Notes: generated by a model not told the origin, from the letters alone. A stretch of DNA of 64,000 nt from Candidatus Enterousia intestinigallinarum (GCA_018716885.1 DVJI01000009.1:7448-71447), one strand, 5' to 3'. Shown: positions 31,567 to 41,700, counted from the first letter of the stretch. Made by a program: numbers and translations.

Positions 31567-34557
31567 ATGAAAAAAATTGCAATTTTTTGTGCATTATTGA
31601 TGGGTTTTGTATATAACGCAGATGCGGCAACTGCACGTAATCCGCGGGGCAGCACGTCTGCAGCAACGGGTACGACGACTGCAACGCGTTCGTCTGGTGC
31701 GGCGACTGCGCGTAGTGCCACAACCGCACGCAGTGCGACCGCCACCCGCAGTGCGGCAACGCCCGCCACCACGGCACGCGCGGCGACGGCTGGTCGTACC
31801 ACTGTCAGCAGAACCCCCACCGCAACATCAACAACATCGGCCAGTACGGTCACACGCAGTGCAACCACGGCCCGTGCCGGTACAACACAAAAGGTCTTGA
31901 ATACTGGTACCAGTGTTGCCGCGGCAAATGAAAATGTTGTTGTCAGCGCGGAATGTCGCCAGAAATACTATGGTTGTATGGATTCTTTTTGTATGTTGGA
32001 TAACGACAGTGGTGGCCGCTGTATCTGCAGTGATAAAAATGCCGAATATGACGACATTTTGGCTCAAATAGAAGAATTGGATCAACAGTCGTATCAAATG
32101 GCGACGTACGGCGTTGAACGTATTGAAATGGGTGATGCGGCCGATGTTGCGATTGCAAACGCAAATGCGGTGGCACAGTCAATTATGGACGAAGCTGCCA
32201 AAGAGGAAGAAGATGATCGTCGCACGTTGGATTTGACGTCGTGGTTGTCGCCGGTTGATTTTTCTTCTGAAGACATTTTTGCCGATACCGGTATGATGGC
32301 CAGCCCGATTGAGGGCAAGGAAGGTGATGCACTGTACCAGGCATCGCATCAGATTTGTGCACAACAAATGCCAGAATGCAGCAATGAAATGAGTATGTTG
32401 CAACTGATGTATGCGCAACAAATTCGTTCTGACTGCAGCGCGTATGAAAACAGTTTGAAACAACAGAAAAATGCCAGTGCACAAAAACTGTATGCGGCGG
32501 AACAGGCACTGCGTGAAGCGGCACTGGAACAATACCAGACAGCTAATAAATATGACCTGGGGCAGTGTACCGTTGAGTTTAAGAATTGTATGATTTCAAC
32601 GGGTGGCTGTGGGGACGATTTTTCTGGCTGTGCGTCTGTTGCTGCGTTTGATTCAACAAATACACGTGGACGTGGCAGCGGTGCCGACACATATGAAATT
32701 CAGGGTAGTGCAACCAGCATAGAAATCCAAGCATCAACGTACGATATCTTGTTATCTAAAAAGCCCTTGTGCGAAGGCGTTACGAAGCAGTGTCAGTTGG
32801 TCGCTGACCAGGTCTGGGATACTTTCCTGCGTGAAGTCGCACCACAGGTCAAATCTGCAGAACTTATTGCTGAAAACAATGCAAGACAAAACTGCATCGG
32901 TAATATTTCTTCCTGTTTCCAGCAGGCCTGTCGTGATACTATTGACCCAAATGATCCGGACGGCTCTTATGATATGTGTCTGACCAGACCAGAAACTATG
33001 TTAAACCTGTGCCAGGTTCCTTTGAACGCCTGTGGGATTTCTACCGCGTCCGCAAGTGATGCAGAAGAATCTCCTATTTGGGAATTTGTCGTCGCGCGTT
33101 TGGCCTCTATGCGCGTCAATTCCTGCTCTACTCAGTTCAAAGAGTGTCTCCAATCTACAGACCGGTGTGGACCAGATTATACTCAATGTATCGGATTGGA
33201 TACGGATACCATTATGCGTATGTGCCCGTATGATACGCTGGTCGGATGTCAGCAACAGTATGGTGAAACTGAAATTATGGGCGAAGACGTTTATGATGAA
33301 TTGTATAATATCGCACAGGGTATTTTCCTGAATATCGATAATAATATGCTGACCGAATGCCAAAATGCCGCAAATGAAGCTATGATAAAGGTCTGTGGCG
33401 ATACAGAAACCTGTACTAATCTGACCACAGATGAAAATATCGGTGCTCGTTCGCTGGAATACAAGATTTGTGAATACACCAGCAGTGATAACAGTTTGGA
33501 TATTGATTATGCCAAATGTAGAACGGATGTTTCGCAAATTTTGGATACTGAATTGGGACGTGTTGAGGGCTCGACCAGCAGCGAATTAGGCCCAGTTACT
33601 CCGTTCGCCGGCGTTATTGACGGTACTATTTACTGGGAAAGCGTTGAAATTGACGAAGATGGTCGCCTGGCCAGTGTTGATGATTATCTGGAAAACATTG
33701 GTGAAACAAATATGAATGCAGCGACCAAGGATAAATTGTCGTCGGAATTGGCGGTATTACAGAAAAATATTGATACCGCAATCAATGCGATAGAGGCCGA
33801 CCCCAAGGTACAATTCTGTATGACTGGGCGCAATGTTGACGGTATTACAAACCGCAATGTCGTTGACCGCAGTTCCAGCACGACGGGACGCTTCCCGGAA
33901 CTGACTAAACAAATGCGTATGATAATTGCCAATGCCGCATTAAAAGTGGCTAAAGATAATTATTATAAAAAGTATGATGAATTAAATGAAAAAATGTTAC
34001 AGGATTACGCCACAATTGGTGAACGTATGGCGGAAATTCAGGGTGAAAATGCATTGGATGCCAGACGTGAAATTGCACGTATTGCGTGTGTGAATTTTGC
34101 AGAAATGGCCAGTTTGCCAAAATCGCCGGATCCACCGAAAAACGCATTTGGTAAAATCTTGTCTGCGGTGGCCTTGGTTGGTGCAGCAGTTGCAATACCG
34201 TTTACCGGTGGTTTGTCGGCGGTTGCAATTGCGGGCATCGGTGGTGCAGTAAGCGCCGGGGTAGGCGTGGCCGCTGCAGGTGCCGCGGTGGCCGGAATCG
34301 GATTGCTGGGCAATGTTGGTTCGGGCAGTGCAAATGGTGCGGATGCATCGGCACAGCGTGAACTGATTGGTTCCAAACAGTTGAATCAATGGAATTACAA
34401 AGAAACCATTACTTCAACGTTTGAATGGGATACGCTGATTTGCCACAAGTGCACGCGTACACAGCAGTGCAGCAAGACCAAGAACCCATTGTTTGGTAGC
34501 AAGTATTGCAAAACTTGGGCTGATCCGGTTGAAACCTGTACGGATACACAGTTCTAA
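31567..34557 (+). CDS. large secreted Cys-rich repeat protein (996 aa), lineage-specific family
   Basis: signal peptide MKKIAIFCALLMGFVYNADA; ATTARSAT-type low-complexity region; multiple Cys-rich modules including GGCGDDFSGCASVAAFDS and DRCGPDYTQC; C-terminal glycine-zipper hydrophobic stretch. Confidence 0.75.
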   Translation: MKKIAIFCALLMGFVYNADAATARNPRGSTSAATGTTTATRSSGAATARSATTARSATATRSAATPATTARAATAGRTTVSRTPTATSTTSASTVTRSATTARAGTTQKVLNTGTSVAAANENVVVSAECRQKYYGCMDSFCMLDNDSGGRCICSDKNAEYDDILAQIEELDQQSYQMATYGVERIEMGDAADVAIANANAVAQSIMDEAAKEEEDDRRTLDLTSWLSPVDFSSEDIFADTGMMASPIEGKEGDALYQASHQICAQQMPECSNEMSMLQLMYAQQIRSDCSAYENSLKQQKNASAQKLYAAEQALREAALEQYQTANKYDLGQCTVEFKNCMISTGGCGDDFSGCASVAAFDSTNTRGRGSGADTYEIQGSATSIEIQASTYDILLSKKPLCEGVTKQCQLVADQVWDTFLREVAPQVKSAELIAENNARQNCIGNISSCFQQACRDTIDPNDPDGSYDMCLTRPETMLNLCQVPLNACGISTASASDAEESPIWEFVVARLASMRVNSCSTQFKECLQSTDRCGPDYTQCIGLDTDTIMRMCPYDTLVGCQQQYGETEIMGEDVYDELYNIAQGIFLNIDNNMLTECQNAANEAMIKVCGDTETCTNLTTDENIGARSLEYKICEYTSSDNSLDIDYAKCRTDVSQILDTELGRVEGSTSSELGPVTPFAGVIDGTIYWESVEIDEDGRLASVDDYLENIGETNMNAATKDKLSSELAVLQKNIDTAINAIEADPKVQFCMTGRNVDGITNRNVVDRSSSTTGRFPELTKQMRMIIANAALKVAKDNYYKKYDELNEKMLQDYATIGERMAEIQGENALDARREIARIACVNFAEMASLPKSPDPPKNAFGKILSAVALVGAAVAIPFTGGLSAVAIAGIGGAVSAGVGVAAAGAAVAGIGLLGNVGSGSANGADASAQRELIGSKQLNQWNYKETITSTFEWDTLICHKCTRTQQCSKTKNPLFGSKYCKTWADPVETCTDTQF
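31650..31870. repeat. imperfect tandem low-complexity repeat (codons for A/T/R/S) inside the 996-aa gene
   Basis: reiterated gcgac/gccac...cgcagtgcg units coding for ATTARSAT-like repeats. Confidence 0.6.
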
Positions 34558-34586
34558 ACAAAAACGGGGCGTTCGCCCCGTTTTTG
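34558..34586 (+). terminator. intrinsic terminator
   Basis: hairpin aacggggcgttcgccccgtt followed by a T-run. Confidence 0.65.
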
Positions 34587-34634
34587 TTGTGTTGGTACAG
34601 AATTATAAAAATAAGATTATATCGCGAATAACAG

Positions 34635-35693
34635 TTAGTGCAGGTCGTTCAAATCGGTTATAACCGTTATACCATCGCGGGTCCATTGCGCGCGGCGTGC
34701 GTCCAGGTCAAGTATGTTCGTTTGTCCCAGGTACAATACTGGACGCACGCCGCGCGCCACGCCGGCCGCCAATACCGCGTCGGCGGGTGATGGCTTTTGT
34801 TTCCCAGATGCAAACCAGTTTGTATCGTCGGCTATCCAGAAATCGGGGTCATTATGCGCGGCAATCGCATCTTGTAATGTGAATATTATCCCGGATTCTA
34901 TTGTGTGTTCGATGCCTTTGGCAGACAAGTATTCCGCAACCGGTCTTAAATCGTCCGTTACATCGCCGGGTAATTGTGTTGGGGCGGGGGCCGGCTTGTT
35001 TTCTATTGGCGCTTGTGCGTCAGTATCAGCGTCGGTGGTGCCGGTGTCATTGTCAAAGTTCACATCGGAAAATACCGGCGCAAATGTTGGGGTACCCATA
35101 TCAAACGGATTGTCTTCGGCAACATCAAAATCTGTGGGCAAGGGCAGTTCAGTTGCGGGCTGTAGTTCCGGTTGCGGGGATGGTGTGGCTGGGTGGGATG
35201 ATGTAATATTGCTGATATCAAAGTTTGATTTTGGGGCGTGGCCACTGTGCGCGCGTGCACGAATAAATGCCGCACGCAGTTCCGTTGGAATTTCTTTTGG
35301 TGCGGGTGTTGGGGTGGTATCGACAATCGGCGCCGTGTCCGCGTTTTTGGGGGCTGTGTCCTGGGTCGGTTTGATTGTATCGTCTGGGACGGGCTGCATA
35401 AATTGTGGTAATGGTATTGTGAACAACGGCTTTTTAGTGCGTAAAATGATACTTGTTGTGGCAATGTACATCGGTATAGCCGCCAAAATCAGTATCCCGA
35501 AAACAAAACCCGGAAAACCACGCAGTTGTGCGTGCATCAAAATATGCCACTGTGCGCCGGAAAATATGTCAAAGTTGAACAGCCATTTCAAAACAGCCCA
35601 TATAATCACGCCATAACAAATCGTCCATATCAGCGCATATTTATTTTTTTGCAAAAATTCCAGGACTTTTTTCATCTTTATTATTATAGACAA
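34635..35693 (-). CDS. inner-membrane protein with a Pro/Thr-rich linker (352 aa)
   Basis: two N-terminal TM helices, PTPAP-type linker, acidic C-terminal domain; no recognisable motif. Confidence 0.55.
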   Translation of the reverse strand: MSIIIKMKKVLEFLQKNKYALIWTICYGVIIWAVLKWLFNFDIFSGAQWHILMHAQLRGFPGFVFGILILAAIPMYIATTSIILRTKKPLFTIPLPQFMQPVPDDTIKPTQDTAPKNADTAPIVDTTPTPAPKEIPTELRAAFIRARAHSGHAPKSNFDISNITSSHPATPSPQPELQPATELPLPTDFDVAEDNPFDMGTPTFAPVFSDVNFDNDTGTTDADTDAQAPIENKPAPAPTQLPGDVTDDLRPVAEYLSAKGIEHTIESGIIFTLQDAIAAHNDPDFWIADDTNWFASGKQKPSPADAVLAAGVARGVRPVLYLGQTNILDLDARRAQWTRDGITVITDLNDLH

Positions 35694-35809
35694 TTTTATT
35701 TATTTGTCAATAAACTTGTTGGGTTTGTGTTTATTTTATGTCTAAAAAGTGCTTTTTTTAGTGTTGCTTTAATGGTATAATTAAACAGATATATCAAGGG
35801 GGAGTTTTT

Positions 35810-37909
35810 ATGCAATCTTTGCTGAAGTTATTTGGTACATCTGTGGCGGGACTGGGAATCTTTGTCTTTGTTGGCAATGCGTATGCCGTTACCGCGCGCA
35901 ATACTGCGGGAAATGTTGCCCAATGGAACAGTCGGGCCGGCGTAACCACTTCTGTGTCGTCACAGCGTATGCCGACTATGCCGACATTGCCGAATTTTAC
36001 GGTTGGAAATGTGTCACCAGATTTGCCGAATAATACAACCCCCAGTAACCCAGGTGACCCGGATAATCCTGATAATCCTGATAATCCCGACCCGGAACCA
36101 GAGCCGGAATGTCCGGACGGTGGGGTCAAGGATTCTGAATACACAGTTGACAGCTGTATGAACGACGTGCTGATGTGTATAAACACCGGGGCGTTGCCGG
36201 GTGGATTGAACGATTTGTTTAATGAAGATTTGCGCAATTCCATTGTGAACGGTATGAATCTGTGTGCCACCCAGGTTGAATACTGTATCGCAAATGTTCG
36301 TAAAAACTGTTCGTATGTTTATCGGTCGGCCGCAGATGTGTGGATTGACTTTAATGCGCGCAAGGTTCAGCCCGCTTACTATAACTTTGTTTTACGCAAG
36401 ACGGGATTGACGCCGAACCAGGCGGAAAATACGTGTCTGTTGCTGGACGTGAATACATATGGTTCTTCGTTTAATGCGGTTGCTAATTCGGGCAGCGTTA
36501 CATCAGAATATAACATCGGTGTCGGTGCTTATAACAGCCAGAACGGAAATATGCTGATTAAAAATAATCCCCAGGGGGCTGAATTGAACTATGGCAATCC
36601 CGGGGTTGATGGTCAGCGTGGTCATTATGCGCGTTGGGATCCAACGACGGCGGAATGCTGGCTGCGTGTTGCGGCGTATAATAAGGATACCCAAATTAAA
36701 AACAGTTGGTTGTTTGGTGCCGCCGGAAACGACCAGCCGGCCGAAGTATGGCGCCAGGCGGGTGAAACATTTACGTGCAACCGTGATTTGTTTGGCTTTT
36801 CATTGATGAACCAGACAAATACTGCGGCGGTTGTTGGTGTCGGTGGCGGCGCGGTTGTTGGTGCCGGGGTTGGTGCGATTGCTGGACACGGCGCACGTGC
36901 CTTTGACTGCAGCAGGGCCAGCCATCGTGAAATGCTGACCGAAGAATTGCGGGCAGACGCCAGTTTTGGTTCAATCAGTGAATATCTGGAAGACCCGATT
37001 TTGGCAACGGTTGATGAAATAACACGCGACCAATGTGAACAGATTGTGTTGCTGTATGACAAGTTTGTTCAGGTAAAAGAAGCACTGAAAAAATGCAATA
37101 CGATTGAAGTCACATCGTCTGAAACAACGATTTATTCCGATGTTGCAGTACAATGTAACAATTATATAAATATTGAAGATTGCTTTTCTAATGTTGCTAT
37201 GCTGAATCCTTGCAAAGGACAGGGATTTACCACGGCACAACAGTGCGCGAACTTCTTAGCCCAGCAAAATGCGGATGCGGCCGCTGCGTTGGTGGACAAT
37301 GATCCGGCTGCGTCGGAAAATGAGTTCTGTTCGTTCCAACCGTTGAATCTGGCGCGCGCCAGTGGTACCGGCATATACTGTAACGCCGGCGGGGCGGGAT
37401 GTCAAAATGCGGTTCAAATATCGGTGGATGTAGAACGTCTGGACGATATATTCACATCTGAAATCAAGGATCTGTTACAAAATGGCGAAGAATCCAATAT
37501 GGGCAAGTCAATCGGTATTGGCATTGGTGTCGGCGCAGGTGCCGGTGGGTTGGCAACGGCGATTACCGCGTTCGTTGAACGCAGTAACATCAGTTGTCAC
37601 GTTGGTGACGGACTGGCGCAGGTCGGATATGGCAAATCATATTCGATTGGGTCGCTGAAAGATTTCTATGTCAAATGGAACCTGAATCTGCCAGACACAA
37701 TTACCCCAACGGGAACGGCGGTGGATTGTGATTCTTGGAAACGTGCGTGCGGTACAATTACTAACCTGGAACAGTGTGCGTCGGCTCAGTTAAATTATAA
37801 ACCGGCCGATGCGGCGACAACAACGTTGGTACCGACGGCGTGCACAGTATCGGGCAGCGTGTGCATAGAAAATTATCCGGTTGCCAAATCGTACGGTGCG
37901 TGTGAATAA
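35810..37909 (+). CDS. large secreted Cys-rich protein (699 aa), same family
   Basis: signal peptide ...FVFVGNAYA followed by VTARN (compare ATARN in the 996-aa protein); PDNPDNPDNPDPEPEPE repeat; 24 Cys; glycine-zipper segments AVVGVGGGAVVGAGVGAIAG and IGIGIGVGAGAGG. Confidence 0.75.
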   Translation: MQSLLKLFGTSVAGLGIFVFVGNAYAVTARNTAGNVAQWNSRAGVTTSVSSQRMPTMPTLPNFTVGNVSPDLPNNTTPSNPGDPDNPDNPDNPDPEPEPECPDGGVKDSEYTVDSCMNDVLMCINTGALPGGLNDLFNEDLRNSIVNGMNLCATQVEYCIANVRKNCSYVYRSAADVWIDFNARKVQPAYYNFVLRKTGLTPNQAENTCLLLDVNTYGSSFNAVANSGSVTSEYNIGVGAYNSQNGNMLIKNNPQGAELNYGNPGVDGQRGHYARWDPTTAECWLRVAAYNKDTQIKNSWLFGAAGNDQPAEVWRQAGETFTCNRDLFGFSLMNQTNTAAVVGVGGGAVVGAGVGAIAGHGARAFDCSRASHREMLTEELRADASFGSISEYLEDPILATVDEITRDQCEQIVLLYDKFVQVKEALKKCNTIEVTSSETTIYSDVAVQCNNYINIEDCFSNVAMLNPCKGQGFTTAQQCANFLAQQNADAAAALVDNDPAASENEFCSFQPLNLARASGTGIYCNAGGAGCQNAVQISVDVERLDDIFTSEIKDLLQNGEESNMGKSIGIGIGVGAGAGGLATAITAFVERSNISCHVGDGLAQVGYGKSYSIGSLKDFYVKWNLNLPDTITPTGTAVDCDSWKRACGTITNLEQCASAQLNYKPADAATTTLVPTACTVSGSVCIENYPVAKSYGACE
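36061..36087. repeat. 9-bp tandem repeat x3 (ggataatcc[t/c]) encoding DNPDNPDNP
   Basis: direct observation; in-frame. Confidence 0.8.
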
Positions 37910-37926
37910 GTTTTACCCAAGGTGTC

Positions 37927-37955
37927 AAAACCGCCCGCAAGGGCGGTTTTTTATT
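37927..37955. terminator. bidirectional intrinsic terminator
   Basis: hairpin aaccgccc-gcaa-gggcggtt followed by a T-run. Confidence 0.65.
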
Positions 37956-37960
37956 TTATA

Positions 37961-38239
37961 TTATTCCAATGGACAGGCAGATGTAAATTCATATGAACCG
38001 CTGCTGTCGGTATAAGTTACACCTGTTGGCGCATACATAATACACGACCCGGTCGGTGACGACGCCAGACAACTGTCCGCCGTACCAGCAGATGTATATC
38101 CACTGGGACACGTGCTGTCCGCTATTTCCATATATTCTTCCACCACGGTAACATATCCAGCGGGACACGACGTGGACGGTGCGGCGGCAAATGCGCCAAT
38201 CGGCGCAATCGCTAGTACAAAAATAAATATACGTTTCAT
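37961..38239 (-). CDS. small secreted Cys-rich protein B' (92 aa)
   Basis: differs from the 30241-30519 product at only a few residues. Confidence 0.7.
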   Translation of the reverse strand: MKRIFIFVLAIAPIGAFAAAPSTSCPAGYVTVVEEYMEIADSTCPSGYTSAGTADSCLASSPTGSCIMYAPTGVTYTDSSGSYEFTSACPLE

Positions 38240-38251
38240 ATTCGCCCCCGT

Positions 38252-38674
38252 TTAGTCAGATAGTCCACTAAACAGCCCCGACCGGAATTTGGAGCTGCGC
38301 TGAGCGTGGAGCGCACAGTTGTTCGCGCAATTGTACGCGCAATAGCCGGCGGTCATCTCTTCGAAGTAGAACACCCACGACGAAACCGCTGGTGAAACCA
38401 TTTTGCACCAGCAATAATAGTTATCGTCACTGGTTGTACTGGTCGTGACATTTTCGGATTTGGTGCCAGCTGAACCACCATCTTGAGAGCCACAAAATGC
38501 AACGCCCTGAATTTCTATACCGCCACAGGTTGCTGACCAATTTGACTGACCGACCGCGCCAGAGAAACTTGTACACGTTGTTGATGAAGTTAGTTTTACG
38601 CATTTTGTCACCGCATACACTGGTGGGATTGATGCCGCACAAATTATGCCGGCGATGATTAAATGTTTTTTCAT
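38252..38674 (-). CDS. small secreted Cys-rich protein A' (140 aa)
   Basis: MKKHLIIAGIICAASIPPVYA...; ATG at 38674 with RBS aagggaga; the track's longer ORF (to 38716) adds an upstream in-frame MKKGDKN. Confidence 0.7.
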   Translation of the reverse strand: MKKHLIIAGIICAASIPPVYAVTKCVKLTSSTTCTSFSGAVGQSNWSATCGGIEIQGVAFCGSQDGGSAGTKSENVTTSTTSDDNYYCWCKMVSPAVSSWVFYFEEMTAGYCAYNCANNCALHAQRSSKFRSGLFSGLSD

Positions 38675-38880
38675 ATTCTTATCTCCCTTTTTCATTTTTT
38701 GATATGAAAAAACCACCAGAAATCTTCAGGTGGTTGGAGTTTAAGAACAATCAGTAGTAATTGCGTGGTTTATTCAATATATTCACCACACTCCAACCAA
38801 AATACGGTTGGATTTATTTTACGTCTTGCCGACGCTACTGACGGGTTCTTAAGCCCATCGGCGGAATACCCACCGACATT
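38675..38880 (-). promoter_or_regulatory. conserved structured 5' leader with terminator, copy 2
   Basis: the reverse complement carries ...tccaacc-gtatttt-ggttgga...ctccaacc then aaccacc-tgaagatttct-ggtggtt-tttt; the compensatory change in the first hairpin relative to copy 1 preserves pairing. Confidence 0.45.
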
Positions 38881-39009
38881 GTTTATAATATCGTGTTAGT
38901 TATTTTAATGCAAGGGATAATAGTTTTTTATTGTCGGACGTTTATAAGTTTGTTCTGTTTTTTTGGGGGGCTGTCGGTAAAGAAACATCCCGCCAGTTGG
39001 CGGGATGTT

Positions 39010-41679
39010 TTATGATGCGCATTTATTATTAGAAAACTGTACTTCTACCTTGCGGCAATTTTTATCATACTTGCTGGTGCTGTTACATTGGGTCGAACCA
39101 ACACCGCTGGCCGTTATGTTTGACGCGGACAGCCCACCAGATACCAGTGCATTTTTTACCGCATTTGCACGTCGTTCGGATAGTGGCTGATTTATTGCAT
39201 CGGTACCGCTTTTATCTGTGTGACCGGTAACGGTAATACAATAATCTGTATTGTTGCCAACCTGGGCTTTAACGTCTGTGACAAATGTGTTCAGAACATT
39301 TTGTGCATCGGATGTTAAATTTGACGAGTTCAATTCAAACAGGTTGCCTGTATTCAATGTAATTGTTGGAATTTCGACAACTGGTTGAACAATTTCGGTT
39401 ACAGCAGGAATTATCTGCTTTGTAACGCATTGACCCTGGGCATTGATTTCGTGTGTTGCGGTCGGACAGTGGCATTTTGGTGTTGCGTCACTGCTTAAAG
39501 TATATCCGTCGGTACATTCGCAATCGCCGGTGTTTGGGTCAACGGTGACGTGTCCGGCGGAAGTATCACATTTTGCCGTTACGGTTGGTGCTGTGGGGGT
39601 AACACACGTATTGTTTTCACCGGGTAATGTTCCGTCTGGACAGCCACAGGTGTTATTCACAGAAACCATATCGCCGGGACAGGATTCGCACATATTTGTA
39701 TTTGCGTTATGTATGTATTTTGTATTTGTACATACGCAGTTTGGATATGTTCCAGTTGCGTCAGACGGACATTTAGCCGTAGATTCAGCGTCCGGCAATT
39801 TTGCGGTATTGTCGCGTAATTTCTTTAATGGTTCATATTTTGCCAGAATTTCGTCAGAACTTTCGCGTGGTTTATCACCGACATAGTTAGTCAACACATC
39901 GCCCACAATTCCAACAACCGCACCCGCGCCGGCAACAATAGCACCTGTTTTTAATTGTGATGATGTATCGGACTTCTGCGCCGCCCATTCTGCCGCATCC
40001 GCGCCGGTCGGATCAGACAACGCACGTGACAATGACGTATATGCTCCGTCGGTTATACCAGTCGCCGCATTGTCGTACAAACCAGACGTCGCCGCATCCA
40101 GAATAACTTCGGATTCTATACCTGGGGTCATACCAAGGGCCTCTTTACGCGTTTTCAAATCTGCTGCTAATGTCGTATATTCGTTATATATCGGCAATAA
40201 TACATTTGCGCCGGGCAGTTGTATGTTTGTTTCGCCACCGCTGATTGTCATACCCTGGCCATAGTCGCATTTGAACGTTGCAAGATACGCCGCCATATCA
40301 CGTTCGGCGTCCGCATCGGCATTTTGTTCGGCCAGTGCGGATGCTACCTGCATCCCGCCAATACCCATTGCGCCGATACCCGCACCACCAATCAGACGAT
40401 TTGCCAACGATTGTTCACGTTCTTTCATTGCGTCGGCGTTTTCCTGTAATTCCGCGATTTGCTTTTGGGCATCTTCCTGTGACAGGGTTGGTTCGATACA
40501 GGATTTTTTATCATTGCTGATGCTGTAGCCGTCGCGACAGGCGTCTATAATACATACCTCGACACCGGCGGTGGAATCGTATTCACGATGTGCAGATGTC
40601 GCATTTTCCGGCATCGGACTGCAGTTGCCAGATATAGCAATACATTTGCCGCCCGATACCTCATATCCGGCATCGCATTCAGTTGCGTGACAGACGCCAC
40701 GCTTTAGTTCGCCGGCCGTTGCGTGTTCGATTTGTTGAACTTGGGCGTCGGTACAGGGACCTTCGCTGACATCACAGGCGGTGCCGGCATCGTTTGGTAA
40801 ATATCCCTTGTTACACTTTTTAATTTCGCATTTTAGTGTATTGTTTTCCCAAACATATTCGGATTTTGATGCATTTGCATCGGTTGCGGTGCAGTCCTTG
40901 CCAACCTGATCTTCACATTTATCGCCGGCAGCATTTAATACATAGCGTGGCGATTCACAGTTTAATGCATCACAAGTATTTGCTTTTTTGTTTAATGTGT
41001 AACCATATGCGCAATCGTCCGGAACACAGTATATACCATTGCCGTCGGCATTGCGGGCGGTGTGACCAGATGTGGCATTTATTGCGGCTAATTCTTCGCC
41101 CGTACAGTCACGTGATTTCCATTGTTCCTCAACAACAATTTCATCCAGTAATTCGGCATCTTCGGTCAGGGTTATATTCATATTTTGACCGGGTGTCAGG
41201 GTTTGGTCTTTGAACCCGATGTATGATATTTGAACATCACGGTCACTGGGGAAATTATCAAGTGTAAAATTCCCATCCATATCAGATGTTGTACCAATAC
41301 CCGTGGACGCACCAGATGGAACAATAGTCGCGCCAATTAAAGGTTCACCGTTTTCATCAACAATACGACCAGATATTGTCATTGTTGCAGCTGCGGAATT
41401 TAATTCTGACGAATTTTCATTTAATGTTTTTTCGCAGTAATTGCGTATCATTTCGGCACGTTGTTCGGCAGTTACGCTTGATTTGAATCCGCCGGCACAG
41501 GAAATTGAGTTATCAATATTTACGTTGCCGCCACTTGTAACACGATTGCAGTTTATTGACGAACCGCTGGCTATATTGCATATTTGACTAAAAAAATCAA
41601 TCTCCGCGTCAATATCGATTGCGCCGAATGCGGGCAGGGCGAATAATACTGCAAAAAATCCGAACAAATATTTTCTCAT
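39010..41679 (-). CDS. multidomain secreted protein with a C-terminal OmpA-like peptidoglycan-binding domain (889 aa)
   Basis: signal peptide MRKYLFGFFAVLFALPAFGA; CarbopepD_reg-like segment ISGRIVDENGEPLIGATIV...; Cys-rich EGF-like repeats; glycine zippers; C-terminal VTGHTDKSGTDAINQPLSERRANAV OmpA/MotB signature; ATG at 41679 with RBS aggaag. Confidence 0.8.
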   Translation of the reverse strand: MRKYLFGFFAVLFALPAFGAIDIDAEIDFFSQICNIASGSSINCNRVTSGGNVNIDNSISCAGGFKSSVTAEQRAEMIRNYCEKTLNENSSELNSAAATMTISGRIVDENGEPLIGATIVPSGASTGIGTTSDMDGNFTLDNFPSDRDVQISYIGFKDQTLTPGQNMNITLTEDAELLDEIVVEEQWKSRDCTGEELAAINATSGHTARNADGNGIYCVPDDCAYGYTLNKKANTCDALNCESPRYVLNAAGDKCEDQVGKDCTATDANASKSEYVWENNTLKCEIKKCNKGYLPNDAGTACDVSEGPCTDAQVQQIEHATAGELKRGVCHATECDAGYEVSGGKCIAISGNCSPMPENATSAHREYDSTAGVEVCIIDACRDGYSISNDKKSCIEPTLSQEDAQKQIAELQENADAMKEREQSLANRLIGGAGIGAMGIGGMQVASALAEQNADADAERDMAAYLATFKCDYGQGMTISGGETNIQLPGANVLLPIYNEYTTLAADLKTRKEALGMTPGIESEVILDAATSGLYDNAATGITDGAYTSLSRALSDPTGADAAEWAAQKSDTSSQLKTGAIVAGAGAVVGIVGDVLTNYVGDKPRESSDEILAKYEPLKKLRDNTAKLPDAESTAKCPSDATGTYPNCVCTNTKYIHNANTNMCESCPGDMVSVNNTCGCPDGTLPGENNTCVTPTAPTVTAKCDTSAGHVTVDPNTGDCECTDGYTLSSDATPKCHCPTATHEINAQGQCVTKQIIPAVTEIVQPVVEIPTITLNTGNLFELNSSNLTSDAQNVLNTFVTDVKAQVGNNTDYCITVTGHTDKSGTDAINQPLSERRANAVKNALVSGGLSASNITASGVGSTQCNSTSKYDKNCRKVEVQFSNNKCAS

Positions 41680-41700
41680 ACTTCCTGTTGCCCCCAAACT

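Noticed and set aside
31527-31868. 113-aa Ala/Val/Arg-rich ORF on the minus strand
   Set aside because: Antisense translation of the low-complexity ATTARSAT repeat in the 996-aa gene; the sense gene has a signal peptide, RBS and terminator.
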